64,000 nt of DNA, taken from contig JBEGVH010000030.1 in assembly GCA_041178425.1 (NCBI GenBank), positions 192,001 to 256,000 on the forward strand, written 5' to 3'. Position numbers and translations under genes: made by a program. Positions 10,033 to 19,804 of the stretch are shown here, piece after piece. The notes under the pieces are model-generated. The model searched no databases. It was not told the DNA's origin and saw only the letters and a list, made by a program, of their open reading frames with translations. Source of the stretch: Pseudomonadota bacterium. Its GTDB lineage: Bacteria > Bdellovibrionota > Bdellovibrionia > Bdellovibrionales > Bdellovibrionaceae. Numbering within the stretch: the first letter of the stretch is position 1; every line of letters begins with the position of its first letter.

Positions 10033-10184
10033 TTTAACCCCTTGAAGCGTCACCACTAACTTTTTTTTAAAGAGGGCTGTTGGGTAACATAAGGAATTGG
10101 GCGTCGCTATTTAAATTTTGTCTGTTCCAAAAATTGCCTAATGTACTGTAGAAAATTTAGGTTGAACGACGAACTGCTCATAAA

Positions 10185-11207
10185 TTAAGTAGCGCTGCTG
10201 TTTTTACGAATTTGTGATAACTGGAAGAACACAAAAATCACAATTGCGAGCACCATTAGAATGATCAGACCCATGCGCACCATTTTAGATAAATCCCACT
10301 CCTCTTTTTTATCTTCAGCCAGCTTCTTTTCTCTCGGAGGACCCAGTTCAATTTTTCGGTTCTTTTTGATAGCTTCAAATCCTCCGCTGGCTACCGCACG
10401 AGTGACAGACTTTTCCTTTTCTTTATTGTTTTGATTGCTTTGAACATACTCATTTAAGAGCTCACCTTCGATCGCCTTATAGATGGGCTTACGCTGCCTA
10501 ATTCGCCGTGGCTGGTAGGAGTCTACCCCTCCACCCGAGGCACCTCCTTCAATAATTATTTGACCCGATCGATCACCCAACTCCACCCCAGTGGGTCGAT
10601 CCGATAATTTAAGAATTTGCCCGTTAGAGCCAACCACCGTTGTTCCACCGCGACTTCCTGGCTTACCGGCAGCGGCATTGTTACTGGCATCTTTTTTATC
10701 CTCTTTGGAGTCTGCCGACTCAGAACTTTGTGAGTCTTTTTGAGCGCCGGACTGATCCTCAGTGCCCCCATTTTTTGAGTCTTTCCCTTTTTTATCTTTC
10801 CCGTTCCTTTGATTGTTGTTGGCCTGGGAACCACCACCGTTCTTTCCGCCACTACCGCCGCCGCCACTACCACCGCCGCCGCCGGAGGAGCCGGTGCCAC
10901 CTTTCATCGAAGCTTCGCAGCCCTGCTCTCCAACAACTTCTGCCGGAAGCTGACCATATTCAAGAGCGCAGGCGATAGTATTGGTAAAAACGGCCGAGCC
11001 ATAGTCTCTCAGGGGTTGAATAAAGTTACGAGCCAGCCCATAGGCCAAAGACAAAATCACCACAATCAATAAAACGTATTCAACAATGGTCTGGCCTTTT
11101 TGATTTCGAGTGGGTTGAAGAAAAGATCCTGGGCCAAGAAATGAGCCATGAAAACTTAAAGTTTTCCTAAGAGCTTTAAAATATGCTGTAATTAGAGGTG
11201 GGAACAT
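10185..11207 (-). CDS. Pilin-like (class III signal) protein with a Gly-rich linker and a C-terminal TM helix
   Basis: NQKG|QTIVEYVLLIVVIL; GGGGS runs; C-terminal MGLIILMVLAIVIFVFF. Start uncertain. Confidence 0.7.
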   Translation of the reverse strand: MFPPLITAYFKALRKTLSFHGSFLGPGSFLQPTRNQKGQTIVEYVLLIVVILSLAYGLARNFIQPLRDYGSAVFTNTIACALEYGQLPAEVVGEQGCEASMKGGTGSSGGGGGSGGGGSGGKNGGGSQANNNQRNGKDKKGKDSKNGGTEDQSGAQKDSQSSESADSKEDKKDASNNAAAGKPGSRGGTTVVGSNGQILKLSDRPTGVELGDRSGQIIIEGGASGGGVDSYQPRRIRQRKPIYKAIEGELLNEYVQSNQNNKEKEKSVTRAVASGGFEAIKKNRKIELGPPREKKLAEDKKEEWDLSKMVRMGLIILMVLAIVIFVFFQLSQIRKNSSAT

Positions 11208-11301
11208 TTCTTTTAGTTTAACACATTGAAGGATTTTGGTGGGGACTTCTTTAAATAGCTCTTATTTATTTCGACACGCTTTGACGATGGCCGTCGACGC
11301 T

Positions 11302-12444
11302 ATGAAAACCTTTTTTACAATTTTAATCACTTTTACATTTTTGTATGCACCAACAGCCTTTGCCGAAGATATCGAAGCGCTCAAAAAACAACTCGACGCA
11401 TCTCCCGAGAGTCTCAAAACGAGACAGTCTTTAGCGAAGGCTTACCTTGAGAGCGAAAAGCCAGAATTGGCGATAGAGGTTTTAAAACCCAAGCTTGAAA
11501 ACCTCAACGCTGAAGGACTTCTCCTTTTAGCAAAATCATTTGAAAATACCAAGGATGCTCTCAACGAGCAAAAAACATTAGAACAACTCACAGTCAATTT
11601 TCCCCAATTTGTAGCCGGTTTCGTAGCCTTTGGAGATTTCTACTTTCGCAGTTCACAGGCAAAGAGTGATCCTAAATTAATATTGAATAGTGCCTCCAAC
11701 TTTCGATCAGCGATTGAATTAAACGCTGGGTATCGGCCTGCGTATGATGGGCTGATGAAAGTTTATGAGTTCTCTAAGAACTGGTATGAAGTGCGAGTCC
11801 TTTTAGGAGATATGGTTCTTCGATTTGGCAAACGTCCGGACCTCTTGGGCAAACTTTGCCAAAGAAACACTCTCGATGGTTTTTTCGTGAGCGCCAGAAA
11901 GTTTTGTCTCGAAGCCATCGGTGTCGATGGTAAAAATCCCGACAACTATGTCTACCTCTCTTTGGTAGAGAATAATGAAGGCAACATAAAGAAAGCCGAA
12001 TCGATATTAAAAATGGTCACGACAAAGTTCCCCAAATCCGAATTTGCCTTATCTAATTATGGTGATTTTCTTATTCAGCAAAAAAATCTTCCGAGCGCGC
12101 AAAAATCTTATCAAGCCGCAGTCCAAGCAGAGCCCAAAGGGTTCCGGGCTCAGATTGGACTCGCCAAAACAAGTTTTGAATTAAAAAAATATGAGCTCGC
12201 TCTGGAAGCCTATAAAGAGGCATGCTCGCTGAGGCCCCATACGAGCTATCGGTTGGTTAAAAGAGCTTCCGACTGGCTTAGGCACCGCAAAGAGGTCGAT
12301 CTACAAGCAAAATATTCCAGCCTTTTAGACAAGTGCATGGGAACTGGCGAGGACACGCGTTCTCCCGCAAACTCTAAAGACGATTATAGAAGCCCCTTTG
12401 CCACTCACTCAAAGAATAAAATTCCTGAAGCTACTGGGTTTTAA
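11302..12444 (+). CDS. Secreted tetratricopeptide-repeat protein
   Basis: Signal peptide ending AFA, then repeated TPR-like helical units. Confidence 0.8.
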   Translation: MKTFFTILITFTFLYAPTAFAEDIEALKKQLDASPESLKTRQSLAKAYLESEKPELAIEVLKPKLENLNAEGLLLLAKSFENTKDALNEQKTLEQLTVNFPQFVAGFVAFGDFYFRSSQAKSDPKLILNSASNFRSAIELNAGYRPAYDGLMKVYEFSKNWYEVRVLLGDMVLRFGKRPDLLGKLCQRNTLDGFFVSARKFCLEAIGVDGKNPDNYVYLSLVENNEGNIKKAESILKMVTTKFPKSEFALSNYGDFLIQQKNLPSAQKSYQAAVQAEPKGFRAQIGLAKTSFELKKYELALEAYKEACSLRPHTSYRLVKRASDWLRHRKEVDLQAKYSSLLDKCMGTGEDTRSPANSKDDYRSPFATHSKNKIPEATGF

Positions 12445-13522
12445 GCTCTGTCCACAAGCGATCATAAAGCGCCGTTGCAGCTCCCAAATCTTGAAGCATT
12501 TCCATTTTTTGAAATATCTTCTCGTTAGGAAAAAGAATTGGGTCGTTTTGTAAGTCGAGTGGCAACGAAGCCTTGGTTTCTGACACAACAGATCCAGCAA
12601 ACATTTTCTGAACGAAGCGGCGATTGTTTTCTACAGATATTAGGTAGTTAATCAAGCGATGTGCGCCTTCTTTGTTTTGCGCTGTTTTAGGAATCACAAG
12701 ATTGTCGATAGAAAAAGTTCCACCCTCTTCTGGAATCACAAATTCAATTTGCCCCTTGGTTTTTGCTTTTGCTTGTAGGGCATCCGGCGAATACATCTGA
12801 GTGGCCCAAACTTCTCCCCCCAATAACGACTCCATTGGATCTGACAAATAGGCTTTCACCTGAGCCTTATTCTTGGCAAGATAGGCCACCGCTTCTCGGA
12901 GAACTTTTTCATCGGTGGTGTTGAGGGGTTTGCCCATGACCTTTAATGCCATTCCGAAAACTTCGCGATTATCATCGAGCAGGCCGATTTGACCTTTAAG
13001 TTTTGGCGTTTCCAGGAGTTCTTTCCAGCTTTTAACTCCTTCTGGAAAATATTTTTTATTATATGCGATCCCGGTGAGAGCCCAACCATAAGGAAGAGAA
13101 TACTCATTTTTTGGGTCGAAATCTTTTGCCAAAAACTGGCTCATGATTTTCGTTTTATTGGGAATCAAAGCTCCATTTAAGGCTTCGAGCAATCCAAGAT
13201 TTTTCATCGTCATGACCATGTAGTCGGAGGGGACCACAACGTCATATCCACTAGCGCCAGCTTGGAGCTTTGCGAGCAGTTCTTCATTCGAAGCAAAGTG
13301 ACTGACATTCACCTTAATGTTGCTTTCTTTTTCAAACTCCTTTATGGACTCTCCACTGACGTAATTTGACCAGATAAAAAGATTGAGTGTCTTTTTTTCA
13401 CGTGCGCCCCCTACCGATGGATCTTGCTTAGGAGTGCATGATATGGAGAAGGTTACGAATACGAGTGGCAGTAGGGAACTGAGCAGAAACCGTTTACATG
13501 AATGGAAAAACTGACCTGACAT
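12431..13522 (-). CDS. potD: Spermidine/putrescine ABC substrate-binding lipoprotein
   Basis: LNLFIWSNY, SNEELLAKL, GYDVVVPSDY, IPEEGG. Confidence 0.9.
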   Translation of the reverse strand: MSGQFFHSCKRFLLSSLLPLVFVTFSISCTPKQDPSVGGAREKKTLNLFIWSNYVSGESIKEFEKESNIKVNVSHFASNEELLAKLQAGASGYDVVVPSDYMVMTMKNLGLLEALNGALIPNKTKIMSQFLAKDFDPKNEYSLPYGWALTGIAYNKKYFPEGVKSWKELLETPKLKGQIGLLDDNREVFGMALKVMGKPLNTTDEKVLREAVAYLAKNKAQVKAYLSDPMESLLGGEVWATQMYSPDALQAKAKTKGQIEFVIPEEGGTFSIDNLVIPKTAQNKEGAHRLINYLISVENNRRFVQKMFAGSVVSETKASLPLDLQNDPILFPNEKIFQKMEMLQDLGAATALYDRLWTELKTQ

Positions 13523-13570
13523 GGGAGCTCCTTACCTTTCTTTTAATTTTTTGGGTTTTGAGGTTTTGGA

Positions 13571-14662
13571 ATGCTTGAAATTCGCCAATTGATCAAGAAG
13601 TTTGGTAACCTTCCAGCGGTTGACGAAGTGAATCTAACGATCAATTCAGGTGAACTATTCGTGCTCCTTGGCCCCAGTGGCTGTGGAAAAACAACTCTCT
13701 TGCGACTCATAGGTGGCCTAGAAAGCCCCGATGCAGGCGAAATTTGGCTCACAAGTGGCCAACAAAAACCTCAGCGAATCGACAATAAACCTCCTCATGC
13801 CAGAAGCATACATACGGTTTTTCAAAACTATGCCCTTTTTCCGCACTTAAGCGTCTACGACAATGTGGCTTTTGGACCTCAGGTTCAAAAGGTGGCCTCT
13901 TCAGAAATCAAGCGAAGGGTCGACGAAGCACTTCAACTGGTTCGTATGGAATCATTTGCTGAAGCCTTTCCTCAAAGATTGTCTGGAGGACAAAAACAAC
14001 GGGTCGCTTTGGCTCGGGCCCTGGTTAATCGGCCTCAAATTTTACTTCTCGACGAACCTTTATCTGCGCTCGATCAAAAACTTCGCTGGGAAATGCAGTC
14101 AGAACTCGTTTCACTACAGCGTCAACTGGGGTTGACTTTTATTTTTGTGACTCATGACCAAGAAGAAGCCATGGGAATGTCTGATCGCATTTGCGTGATG
14201 AACAATGGCAAGATTCAACAAATGGGTCAGGGCTGGGAACTCTACAGCCAACCAAAGAATCGCTTTGTTGCAGAATTTTTTGGTGCTTCTAATTCATTGT
14301 CCGTCAATGTCCTCTCTCAGCAAAATGGTCGTTACCGATTGGCCCTTAACGATCAAACCACCCTTGAGGTCACGCCTGAGCTCAAAGACGGCGACAACCC
14401 AAAGCGTCTTGTTGTTCGCCCGGAGCAATTGAAAATTGTGAATCCCACTCTCGCAACCGAACACCATTTGCGTGTACAAGTTAAAAAAATTCTTTTTAAG
14501 GGACCCATCACGGAGTTTCTCTGCGATCTTCAAGACCAAAAGGGAAAAAAGACTCTCTCGATCACTCAACCCTCCCACGAACCCATTTGTTTTAACGAAA
14601 CAGATTGGGTTAGCGTCGAAGTTGGAAGTAAGACATGGCTCTTCTCAGACGATACAGTTTAA
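13571..14662 (+). CDS. potA: Polyamine ABC ATP-binding protein
   Basis: GPSGCGKTT, VFQNYALFPHL, LSGGQ, LLLDEP. Confidence 0.9.
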   Translation: MLEIRQLIKKFGNLPAVDEVNLTINSGELFVLLGPSGCGKTTLLRLIGGLESPDAGEIWLTSGQQKPQRIDNKPPHARSIHTVFQNYALFPHLSVYDNVAFGPQVQKVASSEIKRRVDEALQLVRMESFAEAFPQRLSGGQKQRVALARALVNRPQILLLDEPLSALDQKLRWEMQSELVSLQRQLGLTFIFVTHDQEEAMGMSDRICVMNNGKIQQMGQGWELYSQPKNRFVAEFFGASNSLSVNVLSQQNGRYRLALNDQTTLEVTPELKDGDNPKRLVVRPEQLKIVNPTLATEHHLRVQVKKILFKGPITEFLCDLQDQKGKKTLSITQPSHEPICFNETDWVSVEVGSKTWLFSDDTV

Positions 14663-15483
14663 TAAAAAATAACATCCCCCTAGCGATTCCGGGCTCCTGG
14701 CTGCTCGCCTTTTTTGTGGCTCCATTGAGTGTTCTGCTTATTTATAGCTTCTTAAGTAAAGGCACCTACGGAGGGGTTGAGTGGATTCCGACAATCAGTA
14801 ATTATACTCGCCTGTTCGATTCTCTTTACGTAAAAGTTTTTTTTAACAGTATCGTCTTGGCGGCGGTCACTACAGGGCTTTGCTTGTTTTTAGGTGTCCC
14901 CCTTGCCTTTTGGATGATCCAAGTAAGACCCAAACTGAGAATGATTCTTCTATTTCTCGTTGTTTTGCCCTTTCTCAGTAATTTTCTGGTGAGAACCTAC
15001 GCGATCAAAGGGCTTTTGGGTAATGAGGGCTGGCTTCTTGAATTGCTCCATTGGATTAAACTTGTTCCTGAAGATGTTTCTTTAGGCCAAGGTCTTTCGG
15101 CTGTGGCTATTGGGCTCATTACTAATTATTTGCCCTTGATGACATTGCCGCTTTTTATTGGATTCGAAAAGTTTGATTTCTCAATCCTAGAAGCTGCAAA
15201 AGATCTTGGTGCGGGGCCTTTTCAATCTTTCTTCACCGTGTTTCTTCCTAATGTTAAAGGAAGTCTTTATTCTGCCAGCTTTATGGTGTTTGTTCCCGCA
15301 CTGGGTGAGTTTTTAATTCCCGATTTGCTTGGGGGAGCGCAAGTTCAAACCGTAGGTAAAGTGGTGGCAGAACAGTTTTTAAAAACGAGAGATTGGCCCT
15401 TTGGTGCAGCTCTCACCTTTTCATTGATGCTTCTGTTGTTTCTTTCCCTTTTTCGTCGACAAGATTCAGGGGTACCCTCATGA
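14635..15483 (+). CDS. potB: Polyamine ABC permease
   Basis: LVRTYA, EAAKDLGA (EAA motif), F.IPDLLGG, RDWPFGAA. Confidence 0.88.
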   Translation: MALLRRYSLIKNNIPLAIPGSWLLAFFVAPLSVLLIYSFLSKGTYGGVEWIPTISNYTRLFDSLYVKVFFNSIVLAAVTTGLCLFLGVPLAFWMIQVRPKLRMILLFLVVLPFLSNFLVRTYAIKGLLGNEGWLLELLHWIKLVPEDVSLGQGLSAVAIGLITNYLPLMTLPLFIGFEKFDFSILEAAKDLGAGPFQSFFTVFLPNVKGSLYSASFMVFVPALGEFLIPDLLGGAQVQTVGKVVAEQFLKTRDWPFGAALTFSLMLLLFLSLFRRQDSGVPS

Positions 15484-16277
15484 CTCTTGGTTATCTTGAT
15501 CGCGTCTTTCGTTTTTTTAGCGCCTTGGCTTTTGGGTTGATCTACATTCCCATCATAAGTTTAGTCTCATCAGCCTTTTTTATTCCCAGCAGTGATGACT
15601 ACTCACAAAAAACGTTCTCTCTCGAGGGCTTTACCTCGGCACTTAGTCATCACGAACTCCAATCGGCCCTTCTCAATAGTGTGCAATTGGCGGCAATGAC
15701 GGCCGTCTTCACCACGCTCTTGGCGTTTGTACTTGCCTATGGCCTACAGGGAAAATCAGAACGATTCGTTGAAATCTGTCAGCAAATTTTTTCATTGCCT
15801 CTTATGATTCCCGAAATCATCATAGGCCTTTCACTTCTCATTTGGTTTGTGCTCGTTAACATCACCCTGGGGCCTATCAGTCTTCTTATTTCTCATGTGA
15901 GCTTTACACTTCCCTATGCCGTTTTACTTCTTACTTTGGGTCTTCAACAAATCGAAACAAGCTTATTTGAAGCTGGCAAAGATCTTGGTGCCAGCAAAAG
16001 AGTGATTTTTCAAAAAATCACTCTTCCTCTGTTAAAACCCAGCTTAGTTGCCGTATTTCTCCTTTGCTTTGTGATTTCTTTTGATGATTTTTTAATTTCT
16101 TATTTTACTAATGGCCCCGGAAACGAAACTCTACCCGTAAAACTTTATTCGTTAATGCGATTTGGAATGAGTCCCGAGCTTAAAGCCATTTCAACTATTA
16201 TTCTAGCGATCAGCCTGGTGGTAACACTTCTGTTATTTAATCTATTGCCCCAAAAAGTGTCCAAAAAAGAAGTTTAA
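15480..16277 (+). CDS. potC: Polyamine ABC permease
   Basis: PEIIIG, EAGKDLGA, SFDDF; ATGA overlap with potB. Confidence 0.88.
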   Translation: MTLGYLDRVFRFFSALAFGLIYIPIISLVSSAFFIPSSDDYSQKTFSLEGFTSALSHHELQSALLNSVQLAAMTAVFTTLLAFVLAYGLQGKSERFVEICQQIFSLPLMIPEIIIGLSLLIWFVLVNITLGPISLLISHVSFTLPYAVLLLTLGLQQIETSLFEAGKDLGASKRVIFQKITLPLLKPSLVAVFLLCFVISFDDFLISYFTNGPGNETLPVKLYSLMRFGMSPELKAISTIILAISLVVTLLLFNLLPQKVSKKEV

Positions 16278-16446
16278 CCAACGACGACCCTCAACAATCG
16301 TTACAAAATCTCATTGAATTAAACACCCTCTGTTTAAGCTGTGCATAATTTGAGGCAATTTGACTTGAGCTTTTTGGTTTGTTTGAGTCCAAGAGATCTC
16401 CCCTGTAAATAAAAACCCGGAGAGTTCTCTGCCAAAAGGGGGTTTT

Positions 16447-17028
16447 ATGAACAGGCTTCGCATGGTTTCTTACTACTTGGTTTCGCTCATGATGATGTTT
16501 TCACTTTGCGCTGGCGCACAGTCCATGCCTCCCGATCGTCGCAATCCAAATCACCCACCACCACCTCCCGACCATGGAAGACCTGGCATCTTGCGGATGG
16601 ATCACGTTTGTCGAAGCAGTGGTTATCGCTTCAGGCAGTGCCCTATCCCCCCAGGGAATCAGATTATTGAGGTGCGACTGATCCAAGCCATGAACCATTC
16701 GGATTGCCGTTCACCTGGTTACAACTGGGGTTTCACGAATGATGCCGTTTGGGTCGATCATGGTTGCCAAGGTTATTTCGAGGTGTTTTATCGCCCTTTC
16801 AGTCATCGCGATCCTCGGCGCTGGGAAAAAGTAGAAGATGTTTTCTGTCGAAGTTCAGGGTACCGATATCGGTCCTGTGTACCAACCAGGCTCACAGAAA
16901 TTCACCATGTGGAGTTTCTGAGTGCTGAAAACAATTCTGATTGTCGCGAAGGCAACTGGGGTTTTGAACGATTTTATGTTTGGGTGGATCGTGGCTGCCA
17001 AGCTGTTTTGCGAATTTACGGACGCTAA
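16447..17028 (+). CDS. Secreted protein with two DUF3011-like repeats
   Basis: Two copies of CRSSGYR.R.C...SDC...WGF...VWVD.GC. Confidence 0.75.
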   Translation: MNRLRMVSYYLVSLMMMFSLCAGAQSMPPDRRNPNHPPPPPDHGRPGILRMDHVCRSSGYRFRQCPIPPGNQIIEVRLIQAMNHSDCRSPGYNWGFTNDAVWVDHGCQGYFEVFYRPFSHRDPRRWEKVEDVFCRSSGYRYRSCVPTRLTEIHHVEFLSAENNSDCREGNWGFERFYVWVDRGCQAVLRIYGR

Positions 17029-17711
17029 AGATTCCAAGCAAAAGCTTTTAGTACCAACGGTACTTCGAGCGATTCAATCTCTTTAACTTTTGAAAGATCC
17101 AGTTGAATCGCTCTAAGGCCGATAGCTTGATCCGCTAAACTTTGTGGCGGTAAAAGTAGGTTGGCGGGCAAAGTTTTGGTCGAACCATAAAGGGCGTCGC
17201 CAATTATTGGAAAACCCCGCATCGCTAATTGTACGCGAAGCTGATGAGAGCGGCCCGTTTTTGGCTCTAAACTCCAGAGAAGAAACCGACAGTCGCCTTG
17301 GGCGACAGCATCGGTCACCAATGTTTCTGCATTTTGTCCGTGAGCCGCCTCAAAGGAACGTTTTTTACCCCTGAACAAGCTGTTCTTCAATACAGTATGG
17401 CGAAAAGACTCAAAGCTTTTCTCAAAGATGGTCAGAGCCTGATAGGTTTTCTGAATGGTATGCATTTCAAAACCCCGACTCAAAATCTTTTGCGCCTTCG
17501 GAGTTTTGGCAAAAATGAGTAGGCCTGAGGTTTCCTCATCGAGCCGATGAACGGGAAATATTGGTTTTCCTACATAATCCTGCAAAAGCATACCCACCAC
17601 CTGGCGTGAATCAGAAAGACCCATTCGACTGGGCACACTCAAAAAACCAGATGGTTTATCGATGACGATAATTTGATTATTTTCAAAAAGTATATTGCCT
17701 AAAAGTACCAT
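17025..17711 (-). CDS. RluA-family pseudouridine synthase
   Basis: DKPSG, VHRLDEETSG, TGRSHQLRV, GFPIIGDALYG. Confidence 0.93.
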   Translation of the reverse strand: MVLLGNILFENNQIIVIDKPSGFLSVPSRMGLSDSRQVVGMLLQDYVGKPIFPVHRLDEETSGLLIFAKTPKAQKILSRGFEMHTIQKTYQALTIFEKSFESFRHTVLKNSLFRGKKRSFEAAHGQNAETLVTDAVAQGDCRFLLWSLEPKTGRSHQLRVQLAMRGFPIIGDALYGSTKTLPANLLLPPQSLADQAIGLRAIQLDLSKVKEIESLEVPLVLKAFAWNL

Positions 17712-17751
17712 GCTAGGGCGATAGCGGATCGCCCGCAATTTCGCAAATCAT

Positions 17752-18075
17752 TTATTGATTTCCGTCTTCACCCTGGCCGCCATCGGCTGATTTTGTTTTA
17801 CCGGCGCCACGACCACAAAGCTCTTTATTAAAGATATTACTACCAAGGTTGCAATTGTCGTCATTCCGACCACTGCTACTCAAAGAAAACTTATCGCAAG
17901 AAGCATCTTTACAAGGACCCATCTCTCCGCTCAGTTTTTCACCGCGGGGAGAGGTGTGAGCCGTCTCCTCTTGCTTTTTATTGGCAGGGTCTTCAGCCTT
18001 AGAAAGGCTCTTGTCTTGTGCCAAAACCGAATCAAAACTAAACAGAAACATCGCTAAAAAGAGAGTTTTTTTCAT
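17752..18075 (-). CDS. Small secreted, probably disordered protein; positional and motif analogue of Bdellovibrio Bd0108 (hit)
   Basis: Signal peptide, 107 aa, charged and Gly/Ser-rich, directly downstream of the RHS gene of a tad locus. Confidence 0.6.
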   Translation of the reverse strand: MKKTLFLAMFLFSFDSVLAQDKSLSKAEDPANKKQEETAHTSPRGEKLSGEMGPCKDASCDKFSLSSSGRNDDNCNLGSNIFNKELCGRGAGKTKSADGGQGEDGNQ

Positions 18076-18090
18076 GTTTGTTGCGCTCCT

Positions 18091-19740
18091 CTAGTTAAAG
18101 ACTTCGGCCGTTGCCGGAGCAATAATATCTAGTAAATTATTAAAAGTACTGGCTACTTGAACTGCCACTTGAGGTCCATCCGGACTCTCTGCTTTATCTA
18201 TTTCGCCGTTCGACTTGTAACTGATCTTAATCATTCCCAGTTGGGGCCTGGTGACCACGGCAGGCTTACCAAACTTATCATCATAACTAATCTTTACCAG
18301 CTTTTTCGCTTGGTCTTCAATGGTAGCAATGCGCCCTTTTTGATCGTAGGTCAGATTAATTTTTTGTCCGTCTGAATTTTGTGCAAAATTCAGATTACCC
18401 TTGGAATCATATTTGAATTGCGAAATACGTTCGCCGGTTTTTTTTCCTTTTTCATCGGTAAAAGTAGTGCGAACGGCACTCACTTTTTGATTTTTATTAT
18501 CGTAGTCATAAACGAGGCGGGTAAACTGTGTACTCTTCACCTTCAACTGACCATTAGGATAATAATCGAAGTTGAGCTTTTCGAAGCCTCGCTTGATCAT
18601 GATCGGCTTCCCAAATTGTTCGTGGTAAACAATTTCATTAGAAATATCATTGGCCACGGTGACTGTTCGCGAAAGGTATGTGACACCGTCTTTTCGAACT
18701 TTATGAAAAAATTCGAATTTCGTATTATTCACAATGTCTTTGCCACACTTTTTCTCCACGACAGACCAGTAATGATTTTTTGGATCTTCTTTCGACGACT
18801 CATACGAGTAGGACTCTAAACAGTTTTGACGATCTTTATAACTAAGAACCCAATCCTTGTTTCTTTCGTAAGTCAGCTGAATAGTCGATTTGTCAGGCCA
18901 AGTGGCTTTGGTGAGATTATGAAGTTCGTCGTACTCATACGAATAAACGTTACCCCAGGCATTGTTCACCCATACAAGATGATCCAGTTTTTCAAACTTA
19001 TAATCCACAGTAATTCCACTGGGGCCTGAGATCGTCGTTAACCTTTTATTGTTATTGTATTTAAGAGAAAGTCTTCGGCCATTATTATCGTTTATCTCCT
19101 TCAGAAGCGAGCCATCGTAGGCAAACTTCAAAAAGTTTCCATTTTTATCGTACACGGCAATAAGGCGTCCTTTTAAATCAAAACGCTGATAGCTTCCATC
19201 AACCAACTGTCGAGTATAGTACTCTTTACCGAGTGCTATGCTCTCAACCTCTTTACCATTCGCAAAATAAAGAGCTCCTTCTTTAACAGATGCATTCAAA
19301 TCGTAATCGAGCGCCATGCGAATTCTCAGTCGAGAATCCTGCATTAGGTTTTTTTTAAGGTTTGCCAGGTAGTCGCTCGATCTTTTTCCCTCGGCTTTGA
19401 CTTTTTGAATGATGGCCTGAACAAGTTTTTCAACGTCTTTTTGGCCATAATCTTTACTGGTGTAGGTCGTTTCGAGTCCAGCACCGCACTCAAATACTTT
19501 GATCGTGTTGTCGGGGCTAACGATCAGTTTTGTTTCAAACTCTGAACACCATCCAAAACCAAAGATCCCATTAAATAAAGACCGACTATTATAAGTTCTT
19601 TGAATTTTCATCTCATAGCCAGCACCAGGCACAATGAGATCGGTCCACGAGGTTGAAAAATTCGCATTTTTCATATCTATGATTGCGTGCGCGGAAAGAC
19701 TAAAAAATGCAAACACCCAAACGCCTGAAATCCATTTCAT
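18091..19740 (-). CDS. Secreted RHS/YD-repeat protein (DUF6531-like N-terminus), Bd0109-like
   Basis: RTYNSRS...FGFGW motif, multiple YD repeats, no C-terminal toxin domain. Confidence 0.85.
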   Translation of the reverse strand: MKWISGVWVFAFFSLSAHAIIDMKNANFSTSWTDLIVPGAGYEMKIQRTYNSRSLFNGIFGFGWCSEFETKLIVSPDNTIKVFECGAGLETTYTSKDYGQKDVEKLVQAIIQKVKAEGKRSSDYLANLKKNLMQDSRLRIRMALDYDLNASVKEGALYFANGKEVESIALGKEYYTRQLVDGSYQRFDLKGRLIAVYDKNGNFLKFAYDGSLLKEINDNNGRRLSLKYNNNKRLTTISGPSGITVDYKFEKLDHLVWVNNAWGNVYSYEYDELHNLTKATWPDKSTIQLTYERNKDWVLSYKDRQNCLESYSYESSKEDPKNHYWSVVEKKCGKDIVNNTKFEFFHKVRKDGVTYLSRTVTVANDISNEIVYHEQFGKPIMIKRGFEKLNFDYYPNGQLKVKSTQFTRLVYDYDNKNQKVSAVRTTFTDEKGKKTGERISQFKYDSKGNLNFAQNSDGQKINLTYDQKGRIATIEDQAKKLVKISYDDKFGKPAVVTRPQLGMIKISYKSNGEIDKAESPDGPQVAVQVASTFNNLLDIIAPATAEVFN

Positions 19741-19804
19741 GACAGTTCTCCCAATACTGAACTCGAGCTTGACTTAAGTCTAGTCCACTCTCGCGGACAC
19801 ATAA

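Noticed and set aside
18091..19740. RHS polymorphic toxin with a downstream immunity gene
   Set aside because: No DPxG cleavage motif or C-terminal toxin domain is visible. The Sec signal and tad synteny fit Bd0109/Bd0108 better.
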